Shown here in pieces: positions 60,675 through 64,000 of a stretch of DNA of 64,000 nucleotides. The DNA is taken from positions 1,612,001 to 1,676,000 of the forward strand of contig JANHCV010000003.1 of NCBI GenBank assembly GCA_025594325.1. Reading direction: 5' to 3'. The notes beneath the pieces were generated by a model that was not told the DNA's origin, searched no databases, and was given only the letters and a program-made list of their open reading frames with translations. The stretch is from Blastocladiella emersonii ATCC 22665 (Eukaryota > Fungi > Blastocladiomycota). Position numbers and translations under genes: made by a program. Position 1 is the stretch's first letter. Each line of letters begins with the position of its first letter.

Positions 60675-63555
60675 TCACTTTTTGTGTCTCCGTGCGAGCG
60701 CTCGAGCCCGCGCCGCCTCGACTGCGGCCTCGCGCTTCGCCGCCTTGTCTCGTGCGACGGCGTCCGCCGACTTGTCGTTGGCTGCCGCGGTTTCGCCGAC
60801 CCCTTCCTCGCCGGCCTCGAAAGGAGATGCGGCAGGAGCGTCGGAGCTCGAGCTCGCACCGCTCAGCTGCGCCGACTCGACCGACGTGAGGCGGGTGAGG
60901 TACGGTGCGACCCAGTCCCAGTTCCAGATGCGCGAGACGTAGCGCATGTTGGCACGGCTCGTGTACATGACGTCGTGGCTAAATGCGGAGCGGGGTCAGA
61001 AATCAGCAACGTAGCGGGCGGGGAACGCGAATAGAAACGCACTAAATAACCCACTCAATCTCGCCGTTGCGCGACGCGCCGCGGCCCTCGGCGAGCTCGC
61101 ACAGCGCGCTGGTCGGGTGGAGCGTGAGCGAGAGCAGGCCCGCGTCGGCGTCGTGCGCGGCCGCCGCCGCACCGGTGCCGGCGTTGAGCGAGTACTGGTA
61201 AAACGACGCGCGGCCGGCCTGCTTCTTGGCGAGGTTCGGAAAGTACGCGGTGCACAGGGCGCGCAGGATCGGGACTGGGTCGACAGGCCCGTTCTTGACG
61301 GGCGCCAGCGGGCAGTCCCACGTCGCGACGATGCATTCGAGCTGGTGCACAATGTTGCGCGCGTGCTGGAGCGAGCGCAGCTGAACGTAGTTCTCGCGGC
61401 ACCAGTCGCGGTCGCGCCCGTGCCGCTCCCACGCCGTGTACAGGTTGTAGAGCGTGAGGTGGTCGCCCGTCGGGTGGAAGAACTTGCGGCGGCGCGCAGC
61501 CACCTCCTCGAGCACCTCGGGATCGCGCGCGCGGGCGCCGCGCGGCTCGACCCAGACGTGCTCGACCGACAGCATGGCGGCGATGATGAGCATCTCGCGC
61601 AAACACGCGAACTCGGGTTCCGCGGCGGCAGCGAGCGCGCAGGCGAGGAACGGCGACAGCGGCGTGTGCGCGATGCGGTGGCCGATGGTCGTAATCTGGC
61701 CGCGGTCGTCGAGGGCGCCGAGATAATAGAGCTGGCGGAGCGCGGTACGGGCGAGCGACGTGTCGGGCGGGTCGAGAAAGTCGAAGCGCAGGACATCGTC
61801 GATGCGCATGGCCTTGAGGCACAGGACGGTATCGAGCAGCGAGGTGCGCTGGATCTCGGGCACCGTCTCGGCCGGCAGCTCCGTCTCGAACGTCTCGTGC
61901 GAGTAGAGCCGGTACGCCTTGCCCGGCTGGGTGCGGCCGGCGCGACCCGCCCGCTGCGTCGCCGCGGCGCGCGAGATGGGCATGACGAGGAGCGCGTCCA
62001 TGCGCGTCGTCGGGTCGTAGCAGTTTTGCTTGACGAAGCCGCAGTCGACGACAAAGACGATGCCCGGAATCGTGATCGAGGTCTACATGATGAGAAGTAG
62101 TCGGTCAGTCAGCTGTTGTGAGCGGAAACTCGTGCGGGGGAGTCGGGCGGACCTGCGCAATGTTCGTCGCAAAGACGATCTTGCGGTATCCCGGGCGCGC
62201 GGGCCGGAACACGGCGCGCTGCTCGACGGTCTCGAGCGAGGCGTGGATGCCGAACACGTCCATGCCGATGATGCGGGGGTGGGTCTCGGACTCGCCGTCG
62301 CGCTCGCCGCGCTGACGGTGGTGCACGACGTCGCGGTCGTACCGCAGCTGCTGGTCCAGGCGCTTCATCTCGTTGACGGCTCGGTCAATCTCCTGCGAGC
62401 CGCACAGGAAGACGAGGATGTCGCCCGGCCGCTCGTGCTTGTGGATGTGCAGCGCCGTGTCGATGGCGCGGTCAACGTAGGTCGACTGCAGCGTGGCCAT
62501 TTTGGTGTTGCGCGAGTAGAGGATCTCGACGGGGTACGGGCGGCCGGGGATCTGAAAGATGGGGCACTCGTGGAAGAAATCGGAGAACTTTTCGACATCT
62601 ACCCGGTCGCATCGTGTCGTGTGAACAGACGAGGGGGTGCACGTCGGGGATGGGAGCGTACCGAGAGTCGCGCTCATGACGAGCAACTTGATGTCCTTGC
62701 GCTTCTGGAGGCACTGTTTGAGCAGCCCGAGCAGAATGTCGGTGCCCACAGTTCGCTCGTGCGCCTCATCTAAAAGGTTGTGACAGGGAAGGTAAGAGCG
62801 CCGAGTGGGAGGATAGGAGACCAGTTGGCGTACCGATAATGACGACCGAGTGGGCCGAGAGCGTGTCGTCGTCAATGATCTCGCGGAGGAGCACGCCGTC
62901 GGTGACGTAGCGGATCTGGGTCGATGTCGAGACTGCCGACTCGAAGCGGATGGCGTAGCCCACGCGCTCGCCGACGTGGCCGCCCATCTCAGCGGCTACG
63001 CGCTTTGCGTTGGAGATGGCCGCGATGCGTCTGGACGATATCTTAGTGAGCGACGGCGTAGTAGAGTGGTTCGGGGAGCTCTAACGCACCGAGGCTGGGT
63101 GACGACGATGCGCGCATCCGGCTGGTCGTCGAGAATGTACTGCGGGATCTGCGTCGTCTTGCCCGACTACGTGCAGAGCGTCGCGGGAGTGAGCAAGAGA
63201 ACACCGAGAGTTGATGCGGCCGTCGAGCTCGTACACCAGTCTCGCCTAGAAGGAGAGCGAGGTGTCAGCTCTTGCACGGCTGAGCGGACGAGCTAGGTCG
63301 CTACTCACCGACGATAACGAGCAGGTTGTGCTCGCGAATTGCGTCCACGAGATCCTTGCGGAATCCCGCGATGGGGAGCTCGGAGCGGTCAGCGTCAACC
63401 GCTGCGACCGGGGAGGGCTCGCGGCGCGGCCGCTCGGCTGGGACGCGGTCGTCGCGACGAGCCCTCGGCCGGTCGCGCGAGCGGCTCCGAGAGCGACGAT
63501 CACGCTCGTTACGTTGCCGGTGGTCTCTTGACCGGCTCCGGTTTCTCTGCTTCAT
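60675..63555 (-). CDS. DEAH-box RNA helicase (DHX40/DHX8-like) with an RS-rich N-terminus, multi-exon
   Basis: LPIAGFRKDL...LVIVGE, TQIPQY, TQPR, VGYAIRFE, DEAHERT, VMSATL, IPGRPYPVE, FATNIA, QRAGRAGRT, PEIQRT and a C-terminal WDWVAPYLTRL. Confidence 0.92.
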
Positions 63556-64000
63556 AGTGGGTGGTGGTGAGGGAGGGCAACCGCGAGCGACTTTGCGCGG
63601 CTTGGCCTGCGCGCGTCTCCGAGTTGAGTAAGCTGATGCGAGTCAACGCTGAGGCGCGCGTCGGTGTTCGTCGCGGCGGTCCTCAGTCCTCCAACCATCC
63701 GCCTCCTCGAAGCCGGGACGGCTAATGCTCGGTCTCAAGTGATCAAACGAGTGCTGTACTATCGACGCCGCGTCGGGGTTGTTCGCGGAGGGGACTTGCT
63801 GTAAGGGAGGAAGCACCCGCACACACTCCTTGACCGACACTTCGAGCGCGGTCGCAGGAAAACTCAAGCCAGCCAGCCACCAAGGGAACTTCTTTCCACC
63901 CGGGTGAGACGACCCCCACCTCCTCGGCCGAGACCTTTCGGCGGTTCCGAGACCGTTGACGTGGCCGACGATTAGTGATGAGACACGCGCGGTCGCGAGG

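Noticed and set aside
63643-63867. Short minus-strand ORF upstream of the helicase
   Set aside because: It has a non-ATG start, weak codon bias and no recognisable motif. It cannot be supported at the window edge.
1-64000. tRNA, rRNA or other structured RNA genes
   Set aside because: No cloverleaf, A/B-box pair or rRNA signature was recognised by eye; a covariance-model scan (tRNAscan-SE, Infernal) would be needed to exclude them.

Overview
This is GC-rich, intron-containing eukaryotic DNA with short GT-AG introns, mostly GTACG[T/C] donors. The gene set (CEP164-like, DOCK1-5-type GEF, CNG-type channel, ABCA, CHASE histidine-kinase-like receptor) suggests a flagellated early-diverging fungus (inference). 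About 20 spliced genes can be reconstructed by eye: a CNBD channel 3' end, CaMK, acyl-CoA oxidase, a degenerate CHASE-PAS histidine-kinase-like receptor, a half-size ABCA, an SDR, a full-length ABCB/MDR, a UFD1-ZnF-AZUL protein, ILV6, a YIP1-family protein, an HMT1/ABCB6-like transporter, a Q/W-rich small protein, a DOCK GEF, two tandem unrecognised multi-pass membrane paralogues, RidA, Qri7/TsaD, CEP164-like and a DEAH helicase. The main structural feature is a 14-kb inverted-repeat structure (14877-28875). Its near-identical 3.4-kb arms carry the 3' half of the MDR gene and enclose a 5.9-kb CACTA/Plavaka-like element with 19-bp TIRs. A second, older tail-to-tail inverted copy of an ABC-transporter 3' end lies at about 41.2 kb. 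All annotations are by eye, with no database searches. Most entries in the ORF track are antisense or shifted-frame shadows caused by high GC3.
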